Origin: a virus
Taxonomy: Duplodnaviria; Caudoviricetes
Length of the DNA stretch: 37,771 nucleotides
IMG/VR virus record: IMGVR_UViG_3300050196_000125
Span: 1-37,771 of that record
Strand: one strand, 5' to 3'
Shown: piece by piece, positions 16,940 to 26,489 of the stretch
Layout of the letters: each line of letters starts with the position of its first letter
Position numbering within the stretch: the first letter of the stretch is position 1
Notes under the pieces: model-generated
The model's input: the letters and a program-made list of their open reading frames with translations, nothing else
What the model was told of the DNA's origin: nothing
Databases searched by the model: none
Made by a program: the position numbers and the translations under genes

Positions 16940-17692
16940 AAACATACCGTCTAGCTGACATTAAACCCCGTTAATTGCTGGAAACCCCTTAAGCATCACT
17001 GACCACAACGTAGCTGGAAACGGCAAGCGTGAAGGTTTGAAAACAGTGGTGATTGGGCAATCAGCAGCCAAGCGTCTTACCAGTTAATTGTGGTATGATG
17101 AAGGTTCAACGACTAGCCGTAAGGCGTACCCTCAAGCGAGGGGAAATGCGGGGCCAAATATGTACACAAAACGTCCAACGAAAGAGCGATTTTTAGAGAA
17201 GGTTGTAGAGCAGCCTTCTGGTTGTCATGAATGGAGTGGTTGCCTTATGCCAAATGGCTACGGGCAATTTCATTTAAACGGCAAGACAGCGTATGCACAT
17301 CGTGTTGCATATGAGTTAGCAAATGGGCCTTTTCCTAAAGAGGCATTTGTTATGCACTCATGTGACAACAGAAAGTGCGTCAACCCAGCCCATCTATCCC
17401 TAGGGACATTTGATGCAAATATGGCTGATATGGTTGAGAAAAGTCGTCAGGCGCACGGAGCAAAAAATGGCCGTGCAAAACTTACACCTGACCAAGTTCG
17501 CGCTATTCGCTTAGAAGTTGGAACGCACAAAGAGATTGGAGAGCGCTACGGCGTTGGACAGCCTCTTGTAACCATGATTCGCAGTGGTCGAATCTGGAAA
17601 CATATTTGAGAAGATATAGTCTGTTCTAGCAGGAAACTGTTAGCTGCCGAAAGGCGGGTAAGTTTGTCGCGCAACTTACTGAACATTAAAAG
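16940..17692 (+). ncRNA. Group I intron (IA-like, with P7.1/P7.2), 753 nt
   Basis: The 5' exon ends in U paired with IGS GCTGAC (16954-16959). P AATTGCTGGAAA (16973), Q AATCAGCAGCC (17059), R GTTCAACGACTA (17104), S AAGATATAGTCT (17611); terminal G at 17692. Confidence 0.95.
17160..17609 (+). CDS. Intron-encoded HNH homing endonuclease with C-terminal HTH
   Basis: AHRVAYE...VMHSCDNRKCVNPAHL...N, then AKLTPDQVRAIR...WKHI; sits in the P8 loop. Confidence 0.92.
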   Translation: MYTKRPTKERFLEKVVEQPSGCHEWSGCLMPNGYGQFHLNGKTAYAHRVAYELANGPFPKEAFVMHSCDNRKCVNPAHLSLGTFDANMADMVEKSRQAHGAKNGRAKLTPDQVRAIRLEVGTHKEIGERYGVGQPLVTMIRSGRIWKHI

Positions 17693-18783
17693 ATGACGAC
17701 TCTTTCGCCAAGTCCGGCGCGAAGATTGGTGACTCCCTGAAGATTCGCCTGCCCAACCAGTACACAGTGCGTACCGGTGCCAACTTGTCCACACAGGACA
17801 CAGCAGAAACCAGCACGACTCTGCAAGTCGCAACCCAGAAGGGCGTTGACGTTACGTTCACATCGAACGAGTTGACCCTCTCCTTGGATGACTTCTCTGA
17901 TCGCATCTTGGAACCTGCAATGTCCGTGCTTGCTGCCAACATCGAAGCTGACGCTTTGAACATGGCGCTTGACGTTTACAACGCAGTGAACAACGTGGGT
18001 TCTGCAATCACCTTCAACAAGGCGCTGGCTGCTCGCAAGCTGCTGGTTGACAACTTGGCCCCTGGCTCTGATCGCACTCTGTTGCTGAACACCCAAGACA
18101 ACCTTGACTTGGTTGACGGTTTGAAGGGTCTGTTCCAAGACTCCACAGAGATCAGCAAGCAATACCGCGAAGGCTTGGTCGGTCGCACTGCTGGCTTCGG
18201 CACCATCTACGAAAACACTCTGTTGGCTAACCAGACAACCGGCACCGCCTTGTCTGCTACTACCTACACAGTGAACGGTGCTAACCAGACCGGTTCCGGC
18301 GTGATCGTTGCCACTGGCTCCACGACCTTCAAGAAGGGCGACATTGTGACCTTCGCAGGTTGCAACCGCGTACACCCCGAAACCAAGGTGGACACTGGTG
18401 TTGCACAACAGTTCGTTGTGACTGCTGACTACGCTGGCGGCGCTGGTACTTTGGCAATCTCCCCTGCCATTGCTACTTCTGGCGCTACTCAGAACGTGTC
18501 CGCATCGCCTACCAACGGCGGCGCAGTGACCAAAGTGGGCGGCGCTTCTGCGATCTACAAGCCTTCCTTGGCCTTCCACAAAGATGCCTTCACCTTCGCC
18601 ACTGCCGACTTGATCTTGCCTGGCGGCGTGGACTTCGCAGCCCGTGAAGTGTTTGACGGTATTTCTATGCGTATCGTGCGTCAGTACAATATTTCTAACG
18701 ATACGCTGCCATGCCGGTTGGATGTGCTTTACGGATATAAGACTATCCGTGCCCAGCTAGCAGCACGTATTTTGTCGAACTAA
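17693..18783 (+). CDS. Major capsid protein exon 2 (spliced product 395 aa)
   Basis: T+AT GAC GAC TCT restores RQYDDSFAKSGAKIGDSLKIRLP, in frame with ORF 17767-18783; C-terminal CRLDVLYGY. Confidence 0.93.
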
Positions 18784-18851
18784 GTAGGCGATACGATGTA
18801 AACCCTGATGTGGTAAGATGTGGCAACGCATCTGCCACATCGGAGGTTTAT

Positions 18852-19646
18852 ATGAATGAGTTTTTGGATCACACGGTTTGCTGCATCAAGGGGTGCGACT
18901 TGCCAACATTGGCATTAGGTCTTTGCAATAAGCACTGGCGCAGAACAAAGGCGTATGGCTCTCCCGCAGTCACTCAGCGACATAGCGGGATGTTTATTGG
19001 AAAGAGTCCTGAAGTCAGATTCAAGATGCAATACAAGGTTGCTGAATCTGGATGCTGGGAATGGATAAGCGGAAAAGATGCCGACGGATACGGATTGTTT
19101 TCTGGATTGGTGAACGGCACGCCATACAAGAGGGCGCATCGTTGGTCATGGGCATTTCACAACAATGAAGTGATCCCAAAATGGGGGAATATCTGCCACA
19201 AGTGCGACAATCCCTCATGCGTCAATCCAGAGCATCTATGGCTTGGAACTGCACATGAAAACCAAGCGGATAAATGGAACAAAGGCCGCGCAAATATGCC
19301 ATTCGGCGAGCGCATTCCGGGCGCTAAGTTGAAAGAGGATCAGGTTAGAGCAATCCTTGCAGACCCTAGGCCAGCGTCAAGAATTTCTGCTGATTACGGA
19401 ATTTCAGCAGGAACCGTAAACGACATAAAGCGGCGCAAGTCATGGGCGCACCTTGATGTTGAGAATGTTGTTAGACCCAAGCGTGAAAGCCCTATGAAGG
19501 GACGTAGCGACAAGCTAAACGAAGATGCTGTTAGAGACATTCGCACAAGCACTTTGTCTGGATTGGAACTAGCTGCAAAGTATGAAATCTCACCGCAGCA
19601 GGTTTGTGGGATACGAAAACGCAGAGCGTGGAAACACGTTGAATAA
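18852..19646 (+). CDS. Free-standing HNH endonuclease (N-terminal Zn finger, two C-terminal HTH repeats)
   Basis: CCIKGC..LCNKH; AHRWSW...CHKCDNPSCVNPEHL; two KL..x.VR.I...YxIS...W.H repeats; GGAGG RBS. Confidence 0.9.
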   Translation: MNEFLDHTVCCIKGCDLPTLALGLCNKHWRRTKAYGSPAVTQRHSGMFIGKSPEVRFKMQYKVAESGCWEWISGKDADGYGLFSGLVNGTPYKRAHRWSWAFHNNEVIPKWGNICHKCDNPSCVNPEHLWLGTAHENQADKWNKGRANMPFGERIPGAKLKEDQVRAILADPRPASRISADYGISAGTVNDIKRRKSWAHLDVENVVRPKRESPMKGRSDKLNEDAVRDIRTSTLSGLELAAKYEISPQQVCGIRKRRAWKHVE

Positions 19647-19648
19647 CT

Positions 19649-19673
19649 AAGGCCCTTTGGGGCCTTTTTCTTT
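19649..19673 (+). terminator. Intrinsic terminator after capsid/HNH
   Basis: AAGGCCC-tttg-GGGCCTT followed by TTTCTTT. Confidence 0.75.
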
Positions 19674-19682
19674 GGAGAAAGC

Positions 19683-19868
19683 ATGTTTGCTGAATATCCC
19701 AAGTCGCTATATCGCGGCACTGTTGAAGATCACTTGATCGTCAACGACAAAGAACAAGAAGCCGCAGCCCGTGCTGATGGCTATGAGATGTATGCCGAGA
19801 TTCACGCTCGCGCAGAAGAACCCGCACCCGCCAAGCGCGGACGCCCCGCCAAAGACAAGGCCGAGTAA
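19683..19868 (+). CDS. Small head-region protein
   Basis: EYPKSLY...KRGRP; GGAG RBS. Confidence 0.7.
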   Translation: MFAEYPKSLYRGTVEDHLIVNDKEQEAAARADGYEMYAEIHARAEEPAPAKRGRPAKDKAE

Positions 19869-20573
19869 ATGACCACAGCGCTAGACCTCATCAAACGCGC
19901 CCATCGCTTGATTGGTGTGTACTCGATTGGCGAGACACCTAGCGCGGACGAGTGCGCCGATTCTCTGATGGCGATGAACTCCATGCTTGACGGCTGGTCG
20001 AATGAATCTCTCATGATTTATGCGGCTTCGCTGGATAGCATCACGCTCACCCCTAGCGTGGGCACCTACACCATCGGGCCGACTGGCACAACCGTAACAG
20101 CTCGCCCCGTTTCTATTGATGAGTCGTCCTACCTTGAGTGGAACGGCGTGTCCTATCCCTTGGACATCATCACCCTGCAAGAGTACAACGGCATTCGCCT
20201 CAAGTCTCTGCAAACCACATTGCCAAGCGTGCTGTGGTATCAGCCCTCCATGCCTGACGGACAAGTCACGCTGCACCCCGTTCCTACAGTGCCAATGACC
20301 CTGAAATTGTGGTCTTGGAAGCCTCTTTCCACCTACGGACTGACCGACACATTCACCCTGCCACAAGGTTACGAACGGGCCATTGCCTACAACCTCGCGT
20401 GTGAGCTGGCACCTGAAAACGAGGTTCCTATTCCCGCTGCCGTGGGCAAGGCTGCTGTCATGTCCAAGAAGCTCCTGAAGCGCACAAATCTGCAAGTGCC
20501 ACAGCTTGGGTTTGATGCCGCTGTATTGGGTGGCTCTGCACGTTTCAACATTTACACCGGTAACCCGCAATGA
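19869..20573 (+). CDS. Head-to-tail adaptor (P22 gp4-like)
   Basis: TALDLIKRAHRLIGV...LPQGYERAIAYNLACELAPE. Confidence 0.8.
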   Translation: MTTALDLIKRAHRLIGVYSIGETPSADECADSLMAMNSMLDGWSNESLMIYAASLDSITLTPSVGTYTIGPTGTTVTARPVSIDESSYLEWNGVSYPLDIITLQEYNGIRLKSLQTTLPSVLWYQPSMPDGQVTLHPVPTVPMTLKLWSWKPLSTYGLTDTFTLPQGYERAIAYNLACELAPENEVPIPAAVGKAAVMSKKLLKRTNLQVPQLGFDAAVLGGSARFNIYTGNPQ

Positions 20574-21970
20574 ACCTGCAACCCGTTCCGCTGTTCGGCC
20601 TTGGTAATCAGGGCAAATCCGCGAATGTGGACGCACAGGCACGCACCAACCTCTATGTTGAAGTGCAGACCGACCCAGAGAAGAACGTTCTCACGCTCTA
20701 CCCAACGCCCGGACTTCTGACCTTTGTGTCTTTTGGCGTTACGCCCATTCGTGGCATCTATGAGCGCGGGGATGTGTTCTTTGTAGCGCACAACAACAAG
20801 CTGTACAGCGTCACCAACAACGGCACCAAGACCACATTGGGCACGCTTGACACCTATTCTGGGCGCGTGTTCTTTGCTGACAACGGCAAAGAGATCATTC
20901 TTGCTGATGGCCCCAATGGGTACATCTGGAACGTGGACACATCCACCTTTACCAAGATAAGCGCTTCTGGTTTCCCTGGCGCTGCCTCTGTTACGTTCTT
21001 TAGTGGCCGCTTTGTGGTCAATAAGCCCAACAGCGCGGAGTTCTACATATCCGGCATCTATGACGGGCTGACTTGGGACGCCTTGGACTACGCAACCGCA
21101 GAGGCAGACCCTGACAACTTGGTGCGTGTCATTGCTGACAGCGGCCAACTCATCATGTTTGGTGAGCGTACAACAGAGATTTGGGGCGATTCTGGTGCTG
21201 CCGACTTTCCCTATGCGCGTATCGGTTCCGCTGCGATTGAGTGGGGACTTGCCGCAAAACTCAGCCTGACCAAGTTCCAAGATTCGCTGATCTTCTTGCG
21301 CAAGAACCGGCTTGGACAAGTGCAAGTCGCTGTTCAGTCTGGTTCTAATTCTCAGGCGGTCTCTACTCCTGAGATGGACTACATCTTCAGCCAATACAGC
21401 GCTGTTTCTGATGCTACCGGCTTCAGCTACATGCTGTCGGGTCATCCGTTCTATCAGATCAACTTCCCCACGGCTAACGCCTCTTGGCTATATGACGGGC
21501 AGTCTAAGTGCTGGTCTAAATTGCAATACGGCTATTCCGGCAGGCATCGCGCAGAAATGCAGGCGCAGTTGCTGGCGAAAAACTACGTCACCGACTACGA
21601 CAACGGCAAGCTGTACATGTTCCGCGAAGGCATTTATACAGACGATGGCGCGACGATTGTGCGGGAGTTTGTAAGCCGCCATCAAGCCTCTGGCGACTAC
21701 TCGCACATTTCCCAACTCTGGCTGGAAATGGAAGCTGGTGTAGGTCTCCAGCTTGGTCAAGGAACCACCCCGCAACTCATGATGCAGATCAGCCGAGACG
21801 GTGGGCACGAATGGGGCGCTGAAGTGTGGCGCGAGATTGGCGCTGTCGGCAAGTACAAAGCCCGCGCAGTGTTCAACCGCTTGGGCCGCGCCCGTGATTG
21901 GTTGTTCAAGTTCCGAGTTACAGACCCTGTAAAGACCGTCTTTGTCGCAGCTTGGGGGCGTAGGTCATGA
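20570..21970 (+). CDS. Tail hub / DNA stabilization protein (P22 gp10-like)
   Basis: LYPTPGL, ATAEADPDNL, FGERTTEIW, SRDGGHEW, RLGRAR...FRVTDPV. Confidence 0.88.
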   Translation: MNLQPVPLFGLGNQGKSANVDAQARTNLYVEVQTDPEKNVLTLYPTPGLLTFVSFGVTPIRGIYERGDVFFVAHNNKLYSVTNNGTKTTLGTLDTYSGRVFFADNGKEIILADGPNGYIWNVDTSTFTKISASGFPGAASVTFFSGRFVVNKPNSAEFYISGIYDGLTWDALDYATAEADPDNLVRVIADSGQLIMFGERTTEIWGDSGAADFPYARIGSAAIEWGLAAKLSLTKFQDSLIFLRKNRLGQVQVAVQSGSNSQAVSTPEMDYIFSQYSAVSDATGFSYMLSGHPFYQINFPTANASWLYDGQSKCWSKLQYGYSGRHRAEMQAQLLAKNYVTDYDNGKLYMFREGIYTDDGATIVREFVSRHQASGDYSHISQLWLEMEAGVGLQLGQGTTPQLMMQISRDGGHEWGAEVWREIGAVGKYKARAVFNRLGRARDWLFKFRVTDPVKTVFVAAWGRRS

Positions 21971-22221
21971 GCTTTGAATATCCCAGCAATACGCCCGTTG
22001 TATTTCCTGAGTCCAGCAAGGCAACAGACGAATGGAATGCGTGGTTCTCACGCGCTCACATGATTGTTTCCAGCCTTCAACAGTCGGGAACTACAGCAGA
22101 TCGGCCAACCTCGCAGCTCTGGATTGGTCGGCAGTATTTTGATACCGACCTTGGCAAACCGGTGTTTGTAAAAGCTGTGCGCCCCTCTGTGTGGGTGGAT
22201 GGAGTCGGCAATGTTAGTTAA
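21967..22221 (+). CDS. Small tail-associated protein
   Basis: SGTTADRPT...IGRQYFDTDLGKPVF...WVDGVG. Confidence 0.7.
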   Translation: MSFEYPSNTPVVFPESSKATDEWNAWFSRAHMIVSSLQQSGTTADRPTSQLWIGRQYFDTDLGKPVFVKAVRPSVWVDGVGNVS

Positions 22222-22684
22222 GTACGGCGCTGGATTTGTCTCGAAGGTCAAACCCATGCGCGAGAAAGTGCAAGCCCTTGAGGATGTGCTTTTAGACATG
22301 GAGCAGGCTGAGTGCCCTGTCCGTCATCACTTCGCCCCTGGCATGTACGCCCGAGAAATCACCATTCCCAAAGGTGTTGTCTTGACCGGCGCGATTCACA
22401 AGACAGACAACCTCGTTGTCTTGTCCAAGGGCAAGTTGCAGCTAGTGACAGAGGAGGGCACGACGATTATTGAAGCCCCCTGCACGTTGATGTGCAAAGC
22501 CGGTGCCAAGAATGCCGCGCTTGCATTGGAGGAATCTGTGTGGACTAACTTTTTCCCGACCACAGAGACCGACGCAGACAAGCTGGTTGAACTGCTGACC
22601 GAATCCAAAGCCTCTGAGCTTTTGGGCGGCAAAGACAACAGGCAGCTTTTAAGAAATCAAGAATTTTCCAAGTTGGAGGCATAA
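22211..22684 (+). CDS. Cupin-like phage tail-region protein
   Basis: HHFAPGMYAREITIPKGVVLTGAIHK. Confidence 0.75.
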   Translation: MLVKYGAGFVSKVKPMREKVQALEDVLLDMEQAECPVRHHFAPGMYAREITIPKGVVLTGAIHKTDNLVVLSKGKLQLVTEEGTTIIEAPCTLMCKAGAKNAALALEESVWTNFFPTTETDADKLVELLTESKASELLGGKDNRQLLRNQEFSKLEA

Positions 22685-22686
22685 CC

Positions 22687-23370
22687 ATGTCATTTGCAGT
22701 TTCAGCGGCCACAGTAGGTAGCGCCCTCATAGGCTCGGCGGCATCACGCAGCGCAGCCAGCCAGCAAGCAGACGCAGCACAGCGAGCGACAGAAGCGCAA
22801 GCAGCCGCAGCAGCACAGCAACGTGCAGACCTGCAACCTTGGCGTCAAACAGGCGAAGCAGCCAACAACAAGCTGGCCGCAATGCTTGGCTTGAATGGTC
22901 AAACCTCCGACTTCACCACCGACCCGAGCTATCAATTTCGATTGGCTGAAGGCCAGAAAGCCGTGGACAACTCAGCCGCAGCCCGTGGCTCTACGCTGTC
23001 CGGCGCTGCTTTGAAGGCTCTGACCAAGTACGGGCAGGGCATGGCCTCTACCGAGTACCAAAACAGCTTCAACCGCTTGTCTGGTGTGTCTGGTCAAGGC
23101 CAGAGCGCAGCAGCAGGGCAGGGCGCTGGTTCTATGCAGTTCGGCAACTCGCAGGCCAACAACCTGATGGAAGCAGCCAACGCAAACACTGCCGGAACGG
23201 TAGGCGCTGCAAATGCGTGGAGTGGCGCTATTTCTCAGGGCATCAATAGCTGGAACCAAAACAACATGATCAACAACTATCAGCAAAACGAGCTGATGAA
23301 AATGATTGCTGGGAAAGGTTTGGGAAGCTCCACAAAGTCGGCGCTGTACGGCGATGCAGGTTACGGTTAA
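22687..23370 (+). CDS. DNA ejection/pilot protein (P22 gp7-like)
   Basis: Ala/Gly/Gln-rich; DPSYQFRLAEG...SAAARG...SGAALKAL. Confidence 0.8.
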   Translation: MSFAVSAATVGSALIGSAASRSAASQQADAAQRATEAQAAAAAQQRADLQPWRQTGEAANNKLAAMLGLNGQTSDFTTDPSYQFRLAEGQKAVDNSAAARGSTLSGAALKALTKYGQGMASTEYQNSFNRLSGVSGQGQSAAAGQGAGSMQFGNSQANNLMEAANANTAGTVGAANAWSGAISQGINSWNQNNMINNYQQNELMKMIAGKGLGSSTKSALYGDAGYG

Positions 23371-23379
23371 GGAGATTAC

Positions 23380-24663
23380 ATGCCACTAAGAACAGACCTC
23401 ATCCTTGGCTTCAAGCCTGCACAGATTGAAAGCCCCGTCAATCAATTGGCGCAGGTCATGCAGTTGCAAGGCGCACAGCAGGCGAACCAATTGAACGCTC
23501 TGAAAATGGATGAGTACAACCGTGGGGTTGAACGCCAAAACAAGTTGCGTCAACTGATGGGTGGTCTTGCTCCCGATGCAACTGATGAGCAGCGAGTATC
23601 TGCTTTGCGTGGTGGCTCGTACTTTGACGAAGCCGACAAGTTGGAGTCGGGGATTTTGAGCCGGAAGAAAACCGATTCAGAAATACTTGGCAAAGACGCA
23701 GAGTCTGAAAACAAAGTCATTGCCGTTTACCGTGATTTGGCGGCTGCGGCCAAAGACCCTGCATCGGCTGCTGAGTACGTCAAGGCCATGCACTCAGACC
23801 CACGCCTCAAAAACACTGCAATGGCTCGCGTCCCTCTTGAGCAGGCTTTATCCCAGATTGGACAAGACCCAGAGTCGTTCAATGCATGGAAGCAGCAGTT
23901 CGGATTGGGTGCAACTAAGTTCATTGAACTGAATAAGCCAACCTACAAAGATCAAAACTTGGGCGGCACGATGCAAACTCTGGCCTTGCCCGGTCTTGGC
24001 GGCGCTGCAACGGTTGCCAATAGCGCACCTATTACACAAAGCGAAAACAGCAAGGCAGAAATTAAATCGCGTGAAAGCGAAGGCGCTAAGTCTCGCGCTG
24101 TGCAAATTCGCGGACAAGACTTGACAAACGCCCGCGCTGGTGAGGCTCTTACGTTTGAAAAGACAAAAGAAGCGAACAAGACAGGTGCAGACAAAGCATC
24201 CCATGCAACAGAGGGCGAGCGCAAAGCCGCAACGCTTCTGCAACGCATGCAAAGCTCAGAGGCGCAACTTGAAGCCGCATTGAAACTAGACCCCAGCGCA
24301 GCAAAACCCGCGCTTGTTCCTCAAGGGCTGAACGCTATCGGGATGGGCACTACTGCGAACGCGCTTACCCCCGAAAACCGTCAGAAGGTAGAGGCCGCGC
24401 AGTTGGACATTCTGGACGCTGCTTTGACGCTTGGCACTGGTGCTGCTTACACCAAGGAACAGTTGGAAGGCTATCGTAAATCGTACTTCCCTCAGATCGG
24501 CGACAAGCCAAACACCATCAAAGACAAGCAAGACCGCCTGAACAACGTTTTGACTGCTGCTCGCATCGCTGCTGGCCGTGCGGCTGGTCAAGTCACTGCA
24601 CCGAATCCAAGCGCTAGCAGCGGGTCAACCGGCAAAACAGTCAACTTTGGAGACTTGAAATAA
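23380..24663 (+). CDS. DNA ejection protein (gp20 position)
   Basis: 427-aa helical protein in the ejection cluster. Confidence 0.65.
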   Translation: MPLRTDLILGFKPAQIESPVNQLAQVMQLQGAQQANQLNALKMDEYNRGVERQNKLRQLMGGLAPDATDEQRVSALRGGSYFDEADKLESGILSRKKTDSEILGKDAESENKVIAVYRDLAAAAKDPASAAEYVKAMHSDPRLKNTAMARVPLEQALSQIGQDPESFNAWKQQFGLGATKFIELNKPTYKDQNLGGTMQTLALPGLGGAATVANSAPITQSENSKAEIKSRESEGAKSRAVQIRGQDLTNARAGEALTFEKTKEANKTGADKASHATEGERKAATLLQRMQSSEAQLEAALKLDPSAAKPALVPQGLNAIGMGTTANALTPENRQKVEAAQLDILDAALTLGTGAAYTKEQLEGYRKSYFPQIGDKPNTIKDKQDRLNNVLTAARIAAGRAAGQVTAPNPSASSGSTGKTVNFGDLK

Positions 24664-26399
24664 TGGACGTCAAACTACCTGATGGCACGGTTATTCAGGG
24701 AGTGCCGGACAACATTACCAAAGCTGATTTGGTTGCGCGTCTTCAGCGTAACGGCTACGACACCAGCAAGCTAGGCTCTGCTCCTGAAGAAAAGGGCACG
24801 CTTGAAACCATTGGCGCTGCTCTTGGTAAGGCTACCGGCGACACAGTGCTAGGCGCGCAGAAGCTGGTGGGCATGGGTGTTAAGAAGCTTGGCGGCGTTG
24901 GTAGTGAACCCAAGCTGTCTGACTTGATCGTAGGCAAAAAGCAGAACATGGTGGAGCGTGCCGGTCAGTGGCTGATTGATGACGCAGACCAAGGCAAGGC
25001 CAAACTTGCAGCCGAAAACCAGCCATTTAAAGATGCCAACCCCATCACCAGCGGCGTGGCTGAAGTTGGTGGACAAGTCTTGACAACTCTCCCCGTTGGT
25101 GGTTTGTTGGCTAAAGGCATGTCTGCGGCTGCTCCAGCAGTGGTGAAACTTGCCCCAAGTGCTGCGCCTGCATTTAATGCACTGACTCAAGCGGTGGGCA
25201 CATCTGGCATGACAACCGGCGTAAAGGTTGCCCCTGGCTTGCTTCCTGCTGCTCAAAACTTGGCGACTCGGGCTGTGGGTGGCGGCATTACTGGCGCAAC
25301 ATCTTCTGCATTGTTTGACCCCAATAGTGCAGATACTGGCTTCATGATCGGTGCAGGCTTGCCCGTAGTTGCTCAAGGTGCAGGCAAGGTTGCAAACTCT
25401 TTGGGCAAGGTTCTCCGAGGCCCAGAAGTTGCGCCAGAAATGCAAGCTGCAATCAAGAGCGCGGTTGATGCTGGTTATGTCATTCCACCGACTCAGGCAA
25501 AACCAACGCTGACCAATCGCTTGATGGAAGGCTTGGCCGGAAAGATCACCACAGCGCAGAACGCAAGTGCCAAAAATGCAGGCGTGACAAACGCACTGTC
25601 TGCCAAGGCTTTGGGTCTGTCTGATGATGTGAAGCTGACGCCCGAAGTGTTGGCAGACATTCGCGCAAAGGCTGGCAGCGCATACAAGGCCATTGGCGAC
25701 GAATTGCCGATTCGACCTGCACAAGCTGCTGACTCCCTGACAAACCGGCCAGCAATAGAGGCAATCGACCCCAAAAAGATGGTGTTTGATTTGCGCAAGG
25801 CACGCAACGAAGCAGACGCTTGGTTCAAGTCTTACGGACGCACGGCAGACCCTGATTCGTTGGCAAAAGCAAAGGCGGCAAAGTCCGCAGCGCAAGAGCT
25901 GGAATCTACGTTGGAGAGTTACGCCAAATCGATGGGCCGTGAAGACCTGATTCCAGAAATGGTGAAGGCTCGGCAATTGATCGCCAAGACCTACAGCGTA
26001 GAAAGCGCGCTGAACAGCACTACCGGCAATGTGGATGCCAAGAAACTTGCGCAACAGTTGGCAAAGGGCAAGCCGCTATCTGGTGAACTGAAACAGGCCG
26101 CAGAGTTTGCAGCGCGATTCCCTAAGGCTGCGCAGACAGTTGAAGGCATGGGAAGCCTGCCACAGACTAGCCCGCTGGATTGGGCGGCTTCTGGTGCGAT
26201 TGGTGCGGCAACCTCCAACCCATTGGCCTTGTTGGGTGTGGCTGCGCGTCCTGCTGCTCGGTTTGCCGCTTTGTCTAGCCCCGTGCAAAACCGGCTTTCT
26301 TCGTCTCCAACTCAAAACCAACTGTTGCAGTTGTTGAGTAGCCCAGAGGGGCAGCAATTGCTCTACAGGGCAGCGCCTCCGGTGATTACTTCCCGTTAA
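24663..26399 (+). CDS. DNA ejection protein (gp16 position)
   Basis: MDVKLPDGTVIQGVPD N-terminus; Gly/Ala-rich hydrophobic stretches. Confidence 0.7.
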   Translation: MDVKLPDGTVIQGVPDNITKADLVARLQRNGYDTSKLGSAPEEKGTLETIGAALGKATGDTVLGAQKLVGMGVKKLGGVGSEPKLSDLIVGKKQNMVERAGQWLIDDADQGKAKLAAENQPFKDANPITSGVAEVGGQVLTTLPVGGLLAKGMSAAAPAVVKLAPSAAPAFNALTQAVGTSGMTTGVKVAPGLLPAAQNLATRAVGGGITGATSSALFDPNSADTGFMIGAGLPVVAQGAGKVANSLGKVLRGPEVAPEMQAAIKSAVDAGYVIPPTQAKPTLTNRLMEGLAGKITTAQNASAKNAGVTNALSAKALGLSDDVKLTPEVLADIRAKAGSAYKAIGDELPIRPAQAADSLTNRPAIEAIDPKKMVFDLRKARNEADAWFKSYGRTADPDSLAKAKAAKSAAQELESTLESYAKSMGREDLIPEMVKARQLIAKTYSVESALNSTTGNVDAKKLAQQLAKGKPLSGELKQAAEFAARFPKAAQTVEGMGSLPQTSPLDWAASGAIGAATSNPLALLGVAARPAARFAALSSPVQNRLSSSPTQNQLLQLLSSPEGQQLLYRAAPPVITSR

Positions 26400-26478
26400 G
26401 GCCCTTCCAGAAGTTCCAGACGATAGCCAACACGACGATAACGCCAGCCTTTAACAGCATGTAGTCGGTGTATTCCAT
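26386..26478 (-). CDS. 30-aa single-TM peptide, candidate superinfection exclusion (absent from the ORF track)
   Basis: MEYTDYMLLKAGVIVVLAIVWNFWKGLNGK; TAAAAT lies 6 nt upstream of the ATG. Confidence 0.55.
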   Translation of the reverse strand: MEYTDYMLLKAGVIVVLAIVWNFWKGLNGK

Positions 26479-26489
26479 CCGGCAATTTT

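Noticed and set aside
16843-16941. Capsid pseudogene, stop-codon readthrough or recoded genetic code
   Set aside because: Intron removal restores the frame exactly, and other genes end normally at TAA, TAG and TGA.
17088-17159. N-terminal extension of the intron HNH
   Set aside because: It overlaps the ribozyme R, P7 and P3 elements; the ATG at 17160 fits the domain start better.
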